Shown here: positions 43,242 through 57,517 of the stretch, piece by piece
Numbering within the stretch: the stretch's first letter is position 1
How the letters are laid out: each line of letters opens with the position of its first letter
Assembly (NCBI GenBank): GCA_951406725.2
Contig: OX597840.1
Coordinates: 23,498,001 to 23,562,000, forward strand
DNA: 64,000 nucleotides
Direction of reading: 5' to 3'
Origin: Octopus vulgaris
Lineage: Eukaryota
The notes under the pieces: generated by a model
What the model was told of the DNA's origin: nothing
Databases searched by the model: none
The model's input: only the letters and a program-made list of their open reading frames with translations
Translations under genes and position numbers: made by a program

Positions 43242-43631
43242 ATATATATATATAATATTGCAATACAAATGTATTATTTTCCAGTAAAATAAAGCCCCAC
43301 AAGGGTAGAATTATACACATAAAAACAGATGAGTGGTAGAACAAGGCACCAATAAGTACTGGAAAATAGCAATCGATACAAATACATCTAATGTACAACT
43401 TTGGAGTAGTGGAGTCAGCATATATATACTTCAAGATGACACAATTTAGATTATAAACCTTTCCTATATTTTGTTACAGTTAGACAAAGGAAACAACAAA
43501 TAGAACAGGTTTTTATGATTCAATTATGTATTGAGAAAAATGGCAAAAACTTGCAACAAGGACAGCACAAAGCTGTTATAATGAATTTGAGAGCAAGGTA
43601 CAGAGCCATTACGAAAATATTTGAGTTCAAT

Positions 43632-43945
43632 CATCATCATCATTGTTCGACCATGGTCGAGACAATGGAATTTACCATGCTACACCAGACTTCACGGTCC
43701 ATCATGGCATTACGGATGTCCTGTTGCTGGATGCCTGTATCTCTGGAGATTACATCAGGGTAGGAGAGTGTGCGCCCTCTGGTATTGCGAGTAGATGGCT
43801 TCCAGAGGAGAAGAGTAGAAATTGCCTCGTTTTCAGCTCTACCTTTCACAAGAGATGACACAGGTGGTAGTTTCCCATATATTTGCATTTTGGTTGGATG
43901 ACGCTTCCACGAGAGATTTTGAGCTCTCATAAGGAGGCGAGTTCA
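43632..43945 (-). mobile_element. RTE-type LINE 3' end with (GAT)n tail (second family)
   Basis: NLSWKRHPTKMQIYGKLPPVS..LLLWKP..RGR..AMMDREVW. Confidence 0.75.
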
Positions 43946-44409
43946 AAGTGCAGAGTTGTTACAAAATGATTGAGTATGTCGGTCCTTGTTGACGGAAAGT
44001 CCAATGTCAGAGGTTGCAGTCGCAGATTTCCTTTGTTTATTCCAAATTCTCAGCATGCCAATCCAAGCAAACAGGCGAGGTAACTCTACTGACCCTCTTG
44101 TATGTTGTACTATGTTATGTTAATCTCTTACCTCAGAGGGAGAGAGAACGGCAGCAAGTTCAGGAGGAAGACTGAACGATGCTTTCCTTAAAGCCTGTTG
44201 CTTTTTTTTTTTAATTGTTTCAGTCATTTGAGTGCGGCCATGCTGGAGCACCGCCTTTAGTTGAGCAAATCGACCCCAGGACTTACTCTTTGTAAGCCTA
44301 GTACTTATTCTATCGGTCTCTTTTCCCGAACCGCTAAGTTACGGAGACGCAATCACACCAGCATCGGTTGTCAAGTGATGTTCGTGGGACAAACACAGAA
44401 AAACAAACA

Positions 44410-46587
<2,178 letters not shown>

Positions 46588-49500
46588 CTATGCGGAACTG
46601 ATGCAGGAAGCAGCCCGGGTCTTTGCAGTCACAGCATATCTCCAGAGATCTCGGTCCTTCGCCATTGCCTCAGTGAGGCTCAACGCTCTGAGGTCATGCT
46701 TGACTACCTCATCCCATGTCTTCCTGGGTCTACCTCTCCCCCTGATACCTTCAACTGTTTGGGAGTGGCACTTCTTCACACATCTCTCCTCATCCATCCG
46801 CAGCACATGACCATACCATCGCAAGCGTCGCTCTTGCACACCACATCTGATGCTTCTTATATCCAGCATTTCTCTCAGGGTGCTTACACTCTGTCGTGCG
46901 TGCACACTGACATTACACATCCAGCGGATCATGCTAGCTTCATTTCTTTCAAGTCTACGCATGTCCTCTGCAGTCAAAGCCCATGTTTCACTACCGTGAA
47001 GCATGGCAGTTCGCACACATGCATCATACAATCTACCTTTCGCTCTAAGCGAGAGACCCTTTGTCGCCAGTAGGGGTAGGAGCTTTCTGAACTTTGCCCA
47101 GGCTATTCGTATTCTAGTGGTGATACTCTCTGTGCATCCACCTCCACTACTAACTTGGTCATCCAGGTAGCGGAAACTATCAACTACTTCTAGTTTCTCT
47201 CCCTGAAGTGTGATGGAATCTGTTTTCTGAGTGTCTGTGGTGTCTATTGTCCCTGTGCATCTGCCGCACATGAAAGCTATCTTATCTGTTAATTTCCCTT
47301 TGATGTTGCTGCACCTCTTGTGCATCCATAGCTTACATTGGGTGCATCTTATGGAGTTTCTACCTACACCTTTCCTACAGATCGAGCAGGGCCACCTGCC
47401 TGAGGGTGTGTGTGCTGAGTTCGCCTTTCTGCTTACTATAACTTTGGTCTTTGCTACATTTACTCTAAGGGCCTTTGATTCTAACCCTTGCTTCCACACC
47501 CGAAATTTCTTTTCTAGTTCCGGTAGTGATTCTGCTATGAGAGCCAGGTCATCAGCATAGAGGAGCTCCCAGGGGCATCCTGTTTTGAATTCCTCTGTTA
47601 TTTCCTGGAGGACTATGATGAATAAAAGGGGACTGAGGGCTGAGCCTTGGTGCACACCTACTTCTACCTGGAATTCTTCACTATATTCGTTGCCAATCCT
47701 AACCTTGCTGACAGCCTCTCTGTATAGAGCCTGTACAGCCCTTATTAGCCATTCGTCAATCTCCAGTTTCCGCATCGACCACCAGATAAGGGAACGGGGA
47801 ACCCTGTCAAAGGCTTTCTCCAAGTCCACAAAAGCTATGTAGAGGGGTTTATCTTTAGCTAGGTACTTCTCCTGCAGTTGTCGGACCAGGAATATAGCAT
47901 CAGTGGTGCTTCTACCCGGCACAAAACCGAACTGCATCTCATCTAAGCAAATTCTCTCCCTAATGAGATGGGTTATGACCCTCTCTGTGACCTTCATCAC
48001 CTGATCAAACAGTTTAATACCCCTGTAGTTATTTCTATCTAGAGCATCACCCTTACCCTTGTAGCAGTTGACTATGGTGCTGCTATGCCAGTCATTGGGT
48101 ATGACTCCATTATGAACTACCTGGTTTACAATGCGGGTAACTAGGCCATAGCCCACATAGCCAGCTGTTTTAAGCATCTCAGCAGTGATTCCTGATGGGC
48201 CGGGGGCTTTACCTGGTTTCATATCCTTAATTGCCTTAACTACAAGGGAGCTGTCTATTCGGGTAGCTGGTCCCTCTACTGGGTCAACATTTGGCAGGCT
48301 CTCCTCCTCCCATTCATTCTCCTCATTCAGCAGTCTTTCATAATGGCTTCTCCAAGCCTCTTTCTTTTCACCAACAGTAAAAGCAAGTGCCCCATCATCC
48401 ATGCGGACACAGTTCTCTCCTGTAACATCACTATTTTCTCTCACACACTGTCTGGCAATCCGAAATACCTCAGCTCTTTGGTCCTCACGTCCCTGGACAT
48501 TGGCAAACTTCTTCTTTTCTGCTACATCTTTGGCTATGTATACCTGCCGCCCAGCCTCCCTTTTGGCTACTTGGTACAGTTCCCTGCTGCCCCCATCCCT
48601 CCAGGCTTTCCAGGCCTGTTTCTTTGCTCTAATGGCTTTGTCTACTGCACTATTCCACCACCACGTAACTCTAGGTCTGGAAGGGACTTTGCACCATCCA
48701 CAGACTCGGTCTGTGGCACTCAGCAAGCTGTCCCATAGGAATTCCCAGCTACCTTCTATGTCCGACGTCTGAAGCTCCTCCTCCCTCTCATCAAATTTCT
48801 TGATGAGGATGTCCCTAAATCTCTGACCATGTGAAGGGTTCTTTAGCTTCCAAATCCTTCTTTTCTGGATTGGTTTGTTTCTTGGAGTCCTTCTGGCCTC
48901 AAGCTTAAAGTCACTGATGATTAGTCTATGCTGAGGGATACATTCTTCACCCGGGAGGGTCTTTGTATTCAAGAGCAACCCTGCATCCCGCTGTCTGGTG
49001 AGGATGAAGTCTATTTGGCTAGCGGAGTCTCCTGACTGATAGGTTATAAGGTGGCAGTCAGTGTTGCAGATTAAAAGGTTACATGCATCACAGAATTCCA
49101 GAAGTCTAGTTCCCTCATCATTTCTGGTGCCAATACCATGGCCACCGTGTACCCCAGTGAAGATACCCGATTCCCGCCCAACATGCCCATTAAAGTCTCC
49201 ACCCACAAAGATGAGGTCCTTGCCACTAGTCTTTGAAGTAGTCTGTAGAAGGGTATCATAAAAGTGGTCCTTCTGATCATTTGGTAGTCCCGCTTGTGGG
49301 GCATAGGCGGAGATAATAGTAGCTGTGCCACTCTGTAGGACCAACCTGAGCTTAAGCACTCTATCGCAAACCCTGACAATCTCTATGACCTTATCCACCC
49401 ATTTCTCCACAAGGAGAATGCCTACACCTCCTACACCTTCCATGTTACCTTGCCAGAAGACTTTGTACCTAAGTGCCTTGCCTGTGAGGACCCTAGCACC

Positions 49501-49647
49501 TCTCCATCTTACCTCTTGTATGCAGCATACATCAACCTGTCTTCTCTCAAGCATCTCTACAATCTCACTAGACCTACCTTTCAATGTACCAACATTGACA
49601 GTGCCAACTCTGAAAACTGGGAAGGAGATGTAGGGAGAGGGGAGCAA
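46588..49647 (-). CDS. RTE-clade LINE ORF: AP endonuclease + RT + PHD finger (1019 codons, open)
   Basis: APE motifs GTVNVGTL, IQEVRW, GGDFNGHVG and QIDFIL; RT motifs QFGF, DLEKAFD, VHQGS and YADD; C4HC3 insert; RTE C-terminus RLRWYGHV..RGRPRKTW. Small in-frame deletions in APE; the 3'UTR tail is missing. Confidence 0.93.
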   Translation of the reverse strand: MLPSPYISFPVFRVGTVNVGTLKGRSSEIVEMLERRQVDVCCIQEVRWRGARVLTGKALRYKVFWQGNMEGVGGVGILLVEKWVDKVIEIVRVCDRVLKLRLVLQSGTATIISAYAPQAGLPNDQKDHFYDTLLQTTSKTSGKDLIFVGGDFNGHVGRESGIFTGVHGGHGIGTRNDEGTRLLEFCDACNLLICNTDCHLITYQSGDSASQIDFILTRQRDAGLLLNTKTLPGEECIPQHRLIISDFKLEARRTPRNKPIQKRRIWKLKNPSHGQRFRDILIKKFDEREEELQTSDIEGSWEFLWDSLLSATDRVCGWCKVPSRPRVTWWWNSAVDKAIRAKKQAWKAWRDGGSRELYQVAKREAGRQVYIAKDVAEKKKFANVQGREDQRAEVFRIARQCVRENSDVTGENCVRMDDGALAFTVGEKKEAWRSHYERLLNEENEWEEESLPNVDPVEGPATRIDSSLVVKAIKDMKPGKAPGPSGITAEMLKTAGYVGYGLVTRIVNQVVHNGVIPNDWHSSTIVNCYKGKGDALDRNNYRGIKLFDQVMKVTERVITHLIRERICLDEMQFGFVPGRSTTDAIFLVRQLQEKYLAKDKPLYIAFVDLEKAFDRVPRSLIWWSMRKLEIDEWLIRAVQALYREAVSKVRIGNEYSEEFQVEVGVHQGSALSPLLFIIVLQEITEEFKTGCPWELLYADDLALIAESLPELEKKFRVWKQGLESKALRVNVAKTKVIVSRKANSAHTPSGRWPCSICRKGVGRNSIRCTQCKLWMHKRCSNIKGKLTDKIAFMCGRCTGTIDTTDTQKTDSITLQGEKLEVVDSFRYLDDQVSSGGGCTESITTRIRIAWAKFRKLLPLLATKGLSLRAKGRLYDACVRTAMLHGSETWALTAEDMRRLERNEASMIRWMCNVSVHARQSVSTLREMLDIRSIRCGVQERRLRWYGHVLRMDEERCVKKCHSQTVEGIRGRGRPRKTWDEVVKHDLRALSLTEAMAKDRDLWRYAVTAKTRAASCISSA

Positions 49648-52432
49648 TTCAGCGCCTGAAAAGAAGAGGGTTGTTGTGGTGGTGATCGTTTTCGTGGCAA
49701 GCTATTTTGGGTCCTTTATCATAAATAGCTGATATATGGTAACAGGGCATGCTAGAAATAGCAACCAAATCTTTGGAGGTGAGATACATTGAATGCACTT
49801 GAAAAAAACCTATGGAAAGAATTTATTTCACAGTGAGGTTATGAACAGGTCTTTTACGAAATATTTACAGTATTTCTAAAGCCATTTTCACTTTAAAATA
49901 TTTTTTAAATATGCCAAAAAATTTTCATAATGGTATTCAATTGAAAATAATAAAAAAATTGTCCGTTTAAAGAAAGCTTAAATATAAATACAAAACAGCA
50001 AAAATAGAAACATTTCCTGTAAAAACAACTTTTTTTGTTGGCAAGTTAGTCATAATGTGTCTAACCAAAAGGCTAGAAATTCTTCCTTTTCAGGGTTAAG
50101 TTATTTTTGGTGTATTTTCCCAATATGCACTGTTTTGGGTATTTATACCCACCAAAACTCCTAATATCTCAAGAACCAGTTGTCCAATTCATGCGAAACT
50201 TGTTTTATTCCGTTTGTATTCACATTTCAGGAAAGTCTTAATTCTTAGTATTTTCCCCATTATGTGCCATTTTGGCTATGTAACATTGGAAGCAAGATTC
50301 AAGTTCATTTTTAATGTAATATATGTGTGTGTGTGTGTATAGGTCTGCCTACTTACAACTGCAATACAAGTATTTAATTGTGAATAAACCATTATACTTG
50401 GCACTTGTTGGCCTGGAGAAAGTCTTTGATAGAATTCCTCAGTTGGCTACACACCAAGGTTCAACAGAACCTACTGAAGCAAGCCAACGTGCTTCTGGCA
50501 TTTTCACAGGCAAGAGCAAGAAGTTGACATTAAAGTTCGTACTGTTTTTAAAATTTGGCACAAGGCCAGCAATTCCACGGGTGTGTGTGTTAAGTTGAAT
50601 ATGTCGATTCCAGTGCTCAACCGTTGATTACTTCCATCAACCCCCAAAAGGACGAAAGACAAAGTCCACCTTGGCAGAATTTAAATGCAAATGTCATGTC
50701 AGAAGAACCACAGCTAAGCATTTTCCCCAATGTGCTAACGACCCTGCCAGTTCGCCACTTTAGTTTATTATTAATTACTAGTGGGACCCATGTAAATTCT
50801 ACAGAATAAAAAAAATTAAGAGGACCTATTTAAGAAAGAGAGGATGATTTGCATTTTTATAGCATTCATAGTTTTAGCTTTCTTTGAATATACTTGGCAT
50901 CTGTCTACATCCAATTCCCCACAACACCATTGGTGCCATCTTTTTCTTCTTTTTTATTATATCTTCTTAGTGTTCCATGCTCTAGATCTGTGCATCTTTT
51001 CTCAGGCAGCTTGCAACAGTGTCTCTTGTGAATCCATAGTTTAGGCTAAATTAATCCTTAGAAACAAATATCAATCTCTTAAGTGAGAAGACGATAAATA
51101 ATTGCACAGAAGTGCAAGTGTTGAGTGATGGTCTCTATAAAAAAAAGAAATTCCTTTTCACTATCAACACACCGCCACCACCACCATCATCATCTCTCTG
51201 TGCCTTTCTTTAATCTCACCATCAGAACATCACCCCTCTGCTAAGATTATATTTCTAACTCTTCTCTATATCACGACCTTCAGCTAGCTTTTTTAACCAT
51301 AAAATAACTATTACATTCCCCCCATCACATGTCATGCTTGATTCTTTCTTAGTCTTTTTGTCTCTCCTTTTTCTTTCTTTCTCTATTTGCCTCACTCTTC
51401 GTCTTATCTTATCTCTCTCTACCCCCCTTTTCTCTAATAACATGAAAGTGTTACTGACGAGCTAAGTAACAGAATGAGAAGCAGAATTATTATAAGATCA
51501 CCTTACTCTATTTCTCCCTCCCTTTTCTCCACTACTGTCCCCACCCCTCATTTATTCCACTAATCTAATGAAAGCATAACAGCTGTACAAACAAGCTGGA
51601 TATTATATATATACATAAATATCATTTTTGTCTGAGGTTTGGATAATATTTTTTGCAGGGTAATTACATATCACATAAGGAGACTGGAAAACAGTTTGAT
51701 AGTATTTATTCAGCATTACATGTGTTTCATTACCTAATAGGAATTACAAACTTTTAGACAAAGAGAAAACATGTAAAATATCTCTTATAAGAAATTCTTC
51801 ATACATACATATATACATGTGTGTGAGTGTGTGTATGCACAAGTGAGTGTACCCATGTCCAGATATTATGTGATGTCCGTAAATGGCCATCATGACCATC
51901 ATACTTGTGCAGTTCTTCATTTCCAGTCCTCTGCGTAAAATGTCTCACCAGGGAAAATGTTTCCTTGCTTGGAAACAGGTGAGGATTGGTGACAAGAAAG
52001 GGTACCCAGCTCAGGAAAATCTCCATCAATGAATTCCATCTGATCCATTAAAGCATGGAAAAGTGAATTTTAAATGATGATGATTATCATCATTGTAGTG
52101 ATATGGTTCCTCTTCTGTATGAATGCAGTTATGTTTTAATAATTGATCATTTTCATAGATTGACTTAGCACAAATGTCTTAGGGTATGGTTTTATCTTTC
52201 ATATTAATATGACTGTGTAGAATTCTCCATTTTGATAGAATGATAAAGCACTGCTATCACAGTGATATGTTCTCCTTCCTCTGTCAATGCTCTTTTGATT
52301 CGTTAATAGATCATTTCAAATGAAAGGCTTACCATTGATATCACATTGATATAGTTTCTTTCTTGTGCAGAGGGTTTTACGAGATACAAACTTGTCCTAC
52401 TGAAGGAATGTTATACAACCAATGTCACTGTG

Positions 52433-53638
52433 TTATGGATCAACTTCATAACGAATACACTTGTGTTTAATTGAGTGATGTTTTTGTGAGAATGATTTAC
52501 CACAGATGTCACAGTGGTATGATTCCTTACCTGTGTGAATAAGTTTGTGTGCAGTCAAGTTAGTGCTAACAGAGAATGATTTACCACAGATATCACAGTG
52601 ATAAGGTTTCTCACCTGTATGAACACGTTTGTGTGCAGTCAAGTTAGTGCTAACAGAGAATGATTTACCACAGATATCACAGTGGTATGGTTCCTCACCT
52701 GTATGAATACGCTTGTGTTTGGTTAAGCTACTGCTAACAGAGAATGATTTACCACAGATATCACAGTGATATGGTCTCTCCCCTGTATGAATACGCTTGT
52801 GGTAAGGTAATTTACTACCATCAGAGAATGATTTACCACAGATATCACAGTGATATGGCTTCTCCCCTGTATGAATACGCTTGTGTTTGGTTAAGCCATC
52901 GCTTTGAGAGAATGATTTACCACAGATATCACAGGGATATGGTTTCTCTCCTGTATGAATACGCTTGTGTTTGGTTAAGCTACTGCCAACAGAGAATGAT
53001 TTACTACAGATATCACAGTGATATGGTTTCTCCCCTGTATGAATACGCTTGTGAATAGCTAAGCTATGAGCACGAGAGAATGATTCACCACAGATATCAC
53101 AGTGATATGGTTTGTCTCCCGTGTGAATACGTTTGTGTTTAATTAAGGAAGTGCCATCAGAGAATGAATTACCACAAATATCACAGTGGTATGGTTTGTC
53201 TCCTGTATGAATACGCTTGTGTTTGGTTAAGCTACAGCCAACAGAGAATGATTTACCACAGATATCACAGTGATATGGTTTCTCTCCTGTATGGATACGT
53301 GTATGTTGAATTAAGTGACTGTGATGAGAGAATGATGTACCACAGATGCTACAGCTATATGGTTTCTCTCCTGTATGAATACGTTTGTGGTTAGTTAAGC
53401 TACTGCCATGAGAGAATGATTTACCACAGATATCACAGGAATATGGTTTCTCCCCTGTATGAATACGTTTGTGTGTAGTTAGGCTACTGCGAACAGAGAA
53501 TGATTTACCACAGATATCACAATGGTATGGTGCTTCCCCTGCATGAATTTGTTTGTGTTGATTGAATTTACTTTCTGCTAAGAATGACTCTTTGCAGATG
53601 TCACAGTCATATGATGATTTTCCTAATTCTTCCGACAT
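52433..53638 (-). CDS. C2H2 zinc-finger protein, subfamily B (13 fingers plus 1 degenerate)
   Basis: 401-aa open frame from MSEELGKSS, acceptor at ~54070, decayed fingers in the 3' region to ~52090. Confidence 0.92.
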   Translation of the reverse strand: MSEELGKSSYDCDICKESFLAESKFNQHKQIHAGEAPYHCDICGKSFSVRSSLTTHKRIHTGEKPYSCDICGKSFSHGSSLTNHKRIHTGEKPYSCSICGTSFSHHSHLIQHTRIHTGEKPYHCDICGKSFSVGCSLTKHKRIHTGDKPYHCDICGNSFSDGTSLIKHKRIHTGDKPYHCDICGESFSRAHSLAIHKRIHTGEKPYHCDICSKSFSVGSSLTKHKRIHTGEKPYPCDICGKSFSQSDGLTKHKRIHTGEKPYHCDICGKSFSDGSKLPYHKRIHTGERPYHCDICGKSFSVSSSLTKHKRIHTGEEPYHCDICGKSFSVSTNLTAHKRVHTGEKPYHCDICGKSFSVSTNLTAHKLIHTGKESYHCDICGKSFSQKHHSIKHKCIRYEVDP

Positions 53639-54399
53639 CTCTTCAAGAAAAATATAATCAATCCTTCAAGTTGTACAGATCAACAACTTTTCAATACTAT
53701 TTCTCCTCTCACCAAAATTTATGGATATTTTTCTTCGTTTTGCTTTTATAGTTTATTCCAAAAAAATATCACTTCTCTTATATTTCTTCTAAATGTGATC
53801 AATGCCAATATTTAAAAATGTCGCAAATACTCTTTGTAAATCCATCAAAGTATATTTAAAAGAGAAAATTATCTCTTGCACATTTCAGACACAGAAGTAA
53901 AGAAATGCTTTCTCTCTCAGAGGAAATATTTTACTGTAATTCAGCAATGTTTTATAGAAGCAGGATTATACGTTTGTAGAATATCTTTGCAGAGTCTTTC
54001 AAACAAAATACATATTGATGATTCTTTAAAAGAAAAAAAATACTTTTTAGCCAATTTCATGTGATTTTCTGAAAGAATAGAAAAAATAATATAAGACATA
54101 AAGCATGTTTAAAAGGCAGATATTCAAAAGTGCAAATTTACGACATTTCTGTTTTCATAAATTATAGAAGCAATCCTTTATCTGGACTACTAAACTTATC
54201 CCATCTCTCTATTTTCAAGAATTTTATATCAGGGAGTAGACACATGTATTATAATAACATCTCTTGGACATTAATTCTGTCCTAGACACACACACACATA
54301 CCAATATACATGTCAATGGCACTAGATATCGGATGTTTTCATCTGAAGGGGGTTTTCTCCAGTGTCTGAGTATGCTTGGGTCTAGTTAGGCAAATACTA

Positions 54400-54560
54400 A
54401 CAGAGAATGATTCACCAATGATGTCACAGTGATATGGCTTCTTCCCTCAATGAACTCTTGTGTGAGTAGTGAAGTTACCTCTTTGATAGAATTACTTGCC
54501 ACAGATATTACAGTGATCTGGTTTCTTCTCTAAATTAATACGTTTGTGTTGCGTTAAGCT
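54400..54560 (-). pseudogene. Two decayed zinc fingers in the intron of the 53638 gene
   Basis: Minus strand KPDHCNICGK* and KPYHCDIIGESFS. Confidence 0.65.
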
Positions 54561-55474
54561 GATGCCACTGTAGCAGATTCCAAACTACCTTTCATTTGGT
54601 GACGCTAAATCGCCCTTATATCAAACACTTTCTCCTCTGAAAACATAAAATTGTTTTTCTTAACCGAAAGGGTTTCTCCCCTGTTTTTCGAGTGCCAGAA
54701 TCAGTCTGGAGAAAAGAAGGGCCAAAATGGGTCAAGAGTGTGTGTGTGTGGAGGGGAGTTTGTTGAAAAGAGTGAACTAACTCAAAGGTAACCCATGCTG
54801 TATGCAGTCACTTTGCATGCTAGAAATAGCAGGGATTTATTATGTTCTTTTTTTAAACGACAAATGACTCAATTAAGATAATGCTTCCTCTTAATTCGGT
54901 TTTGTATTTCCTAATTATTAAAATGTGAAACCACACTTAAAACCATTCTCAGTGACATTTTGATTATTATTATTATAATATCCATATATTTTAATGGACA
55001 TAAAAATGTTTATAATGCTTCAAGCATGGAAAATTAAATTATTGGTGACTGATTTGTGTAAACTAAATTTCACAAGGCGATAGTTTTTAAACAATAGTGA
55101 TCAGCCTTCATTTTGTATGTTGTGTCGATATTTTTTTTTAACATCTTCACTACTAATTTTCAAGTAAAATATTACATAAACGGGTTTTTATATTTATTTT
55201 TGGTCAAATTAGGTACTTTCTAGTGTTTCAATTCAAAGCCCTTTCATTTCGTCTGTAAACGGATATTGCCTTTTCGGTTCAGTAATTCAAGTGCACAATC
55301 GTACTTTTATACATTCCCCATCTTTTCTTACAAATTACATCGTAATTATTAAAATAACAGCCTTACTTTCATATAATTTCTTCTTTGTTTGGTGAGATTC
55401 TTTCTTTTAACTTATTCAACACATGGAAACAAACAGATGTACGTAATATGATACTTAATACAATAGAAATGTCT

Positions 55475-55780
55475 TTATAATACTTACATAGTAATTGATA
55501 TAAAGAGAGAGTCAACGAGTCAGAGCGGACACTGACAGCTTCAAGAGAATTTCTTCCTTTTTCCAACGAACGTTACTTCGTATTTCGCAGGTCCACATAA
55601 TCGTAAATGCTGTATCTGTTTGTTTAGACAGTTAATTACCAATCATTTGTATATATTTGATTGGATTTCTCTTAAATATCAGTTGTCAAGTGGAACTGAT
55701 CAAACAATGAAGGTGCGTGAGAAACAAGAACAAGAAATACACTTAATGAGGAAGAGTTTTGACAAGGGGAACTAACTCTT
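55475..55780 (-). promoter_or_regulatory. Putative ZNF promoter / first exon for the 53638 gene
   Basis: Paralog of 32160-32570, with donor GTAAGT at ~55487 and the motif at 55764-55779. Confidence 0.55.
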
Positions 55781-55818
55781 ATCTTTAAATATTAACGGCT
55801 TTACTGATATATATTTGA

Positions 55819-57015
55819 GTAGCAGTGTAACCCGGCGTTGCTCGGTATTAAATTCGGATCATTAAGTTATGAAATTATTTATTTCAAACCAAAATAAGTG
55901 ACGATGACATCACATTCGTGCGAAATCTGCTGAAATTGGCAAAACTTTGGCTGCAAGTGGGATCGCAGGCAATTTGAATGGGAAATACCATAAGGAATCA
56001 GTTTATCGATTATTTCCGCTCATCGGGGTTTTTTTTTTTTTTTTTGAGAACTTAAAGCATTCAAAGATCCCACGAGTCCTAAGTAATGTTGGCATCGAGT
56101 TTGAGCAAAATATGTCGAAATTGTTAAAAGTTATGGTTGAAAATGGGGTGTAGCCAATTTTAGCAGAAATCCTATAAGGAAATAGTTTATCAATTATTTA
56201 TCCTCATTGAATGGAAAACCCCAAATCGATGCTTGCTACCGATGTTGGTTGGCCTTGGGATTTGTTGATGGACATGGTGAAGCATGGTCTGACCGGAAAC
56301 TGCAATCTGCAGAACTTGACCGGCATGTCTGACCGTGGGGGATAAAGCTGCATCGTTGAAATGAAAACATTTTCACTCCTCCTGCACCCTGTTACAATGG
56401 TGGCCGCAATCAAGTGGGGCGTCAGGGACTTGATTACTAAGTGGGTCCTGTTGCACTGTTTAGGCGGAAGTAAGTTTCTGATTAGCCTAATTGGGCATCC
56501 AACCCTTAGCCTAAGGACGTGAGGTGGAAACCCTGCCGGCTCCAATGAGTTGAGAAACTCGATAGGGTAAATGACAATGCCTTGAGGGTCAGACGTCCGG
56601 TCAATTGATTTGTAGATGTACTCCTCACCTGGAATTCGTCATATGAGCTGGTCATTTATAGCACTGACACCTATGTTTTGGGGGGCCAGGATGGTTCTTT
56701 CACTGAGCCAATTGATGTCTGCATAATTACTTTCCAGATTGGGGAACACTGTTTCCAAAAGACCGGAAGGGTTGTTCATGGAGTTGCACAGTTCATAGAC
56801 TGATATGTTGCCCCTATCATTCCTAGGGACCTTGTCTTCTCCAAGGGCTAAAATTTCTTCAGCAAATGCTGCAGACATTCTAGCACCAAGCAAGTGTGCA
56901 TGCATGTTTGTGATTATGCTTAAGGTCTTAACCTGGGGCCACAACATGGATGACTTAAGGCATGCGTGCACTTCATCAGCCCAGCTCCCTTTAGGGATGA
57001 CAGGAAGGATTTGCA
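55819..57015 (-). mobile_element. Helitron 3' part: PIF1 helicase remnant and terminal hairpin
   Basis: QILPVIPKGS..CLKSS.LW, ILAP.N, PPHVLRLRVGCPIRLIRNL and RLQFPVRPCFTMSINKSQGQ. The 3' end reads CCGAGCAACGCCGGG (hairpin) then CTAC|T, a degenerate CTAG. Confidence 0.85.
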
Positions 57016-57389
57016 CGCTTCTTTCTGAGTCTTTTCTTCCTCTTCCCACCTCATTCCTAACCTTATCCTCTTTTCTTTCTCCCACTTTTTCTCTAATGGC
57101 TGAAAGTGTTATTGACAGGCTAAGTAACGTAATGACATGCAGAATTATTATAAGACCACCTTTCTCTACTTCTTCACTCATCCATCCCTCTCATGCCTAC
57201 TCATAACAAAAGTATACAAGTTGGAGAGAGAGAGAAGCTGGTTATACATACATATATATATATATATATCTATATCTATCTATATATATATATATATATA
57301 GGGAGAGTTTACGAAAAAACAAAAGACGAAGACAGGTGGTGTACAAAACAAACAGATGTATTAGTATAACGCTCAGGAATTGAAAAAGT

Positions 57390-57425
57390 CTTTTATGTTT
57401 CGAGCCTACACTCTTCTACAGAAAG
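57390..57425 (-). ncRNA. Degenerate minimal hammerhead-ribozyme-like motif (Penelope-type repeat)
   Basis: CTTT-CTGTAGA-A-GAG(TGTAGG)CTC-GAAAC-A-TA-AAAG; core position A6 is U. Confidence 0.35.
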
Positions 57426-57517
57426 GAACACAGAAAAAAACTAGGATATATACACATATTATTTTTGCATTAGGTTTGGTTATTTTTTGCAGAGTAATTA
57501 AATATCACATAAGGAGA

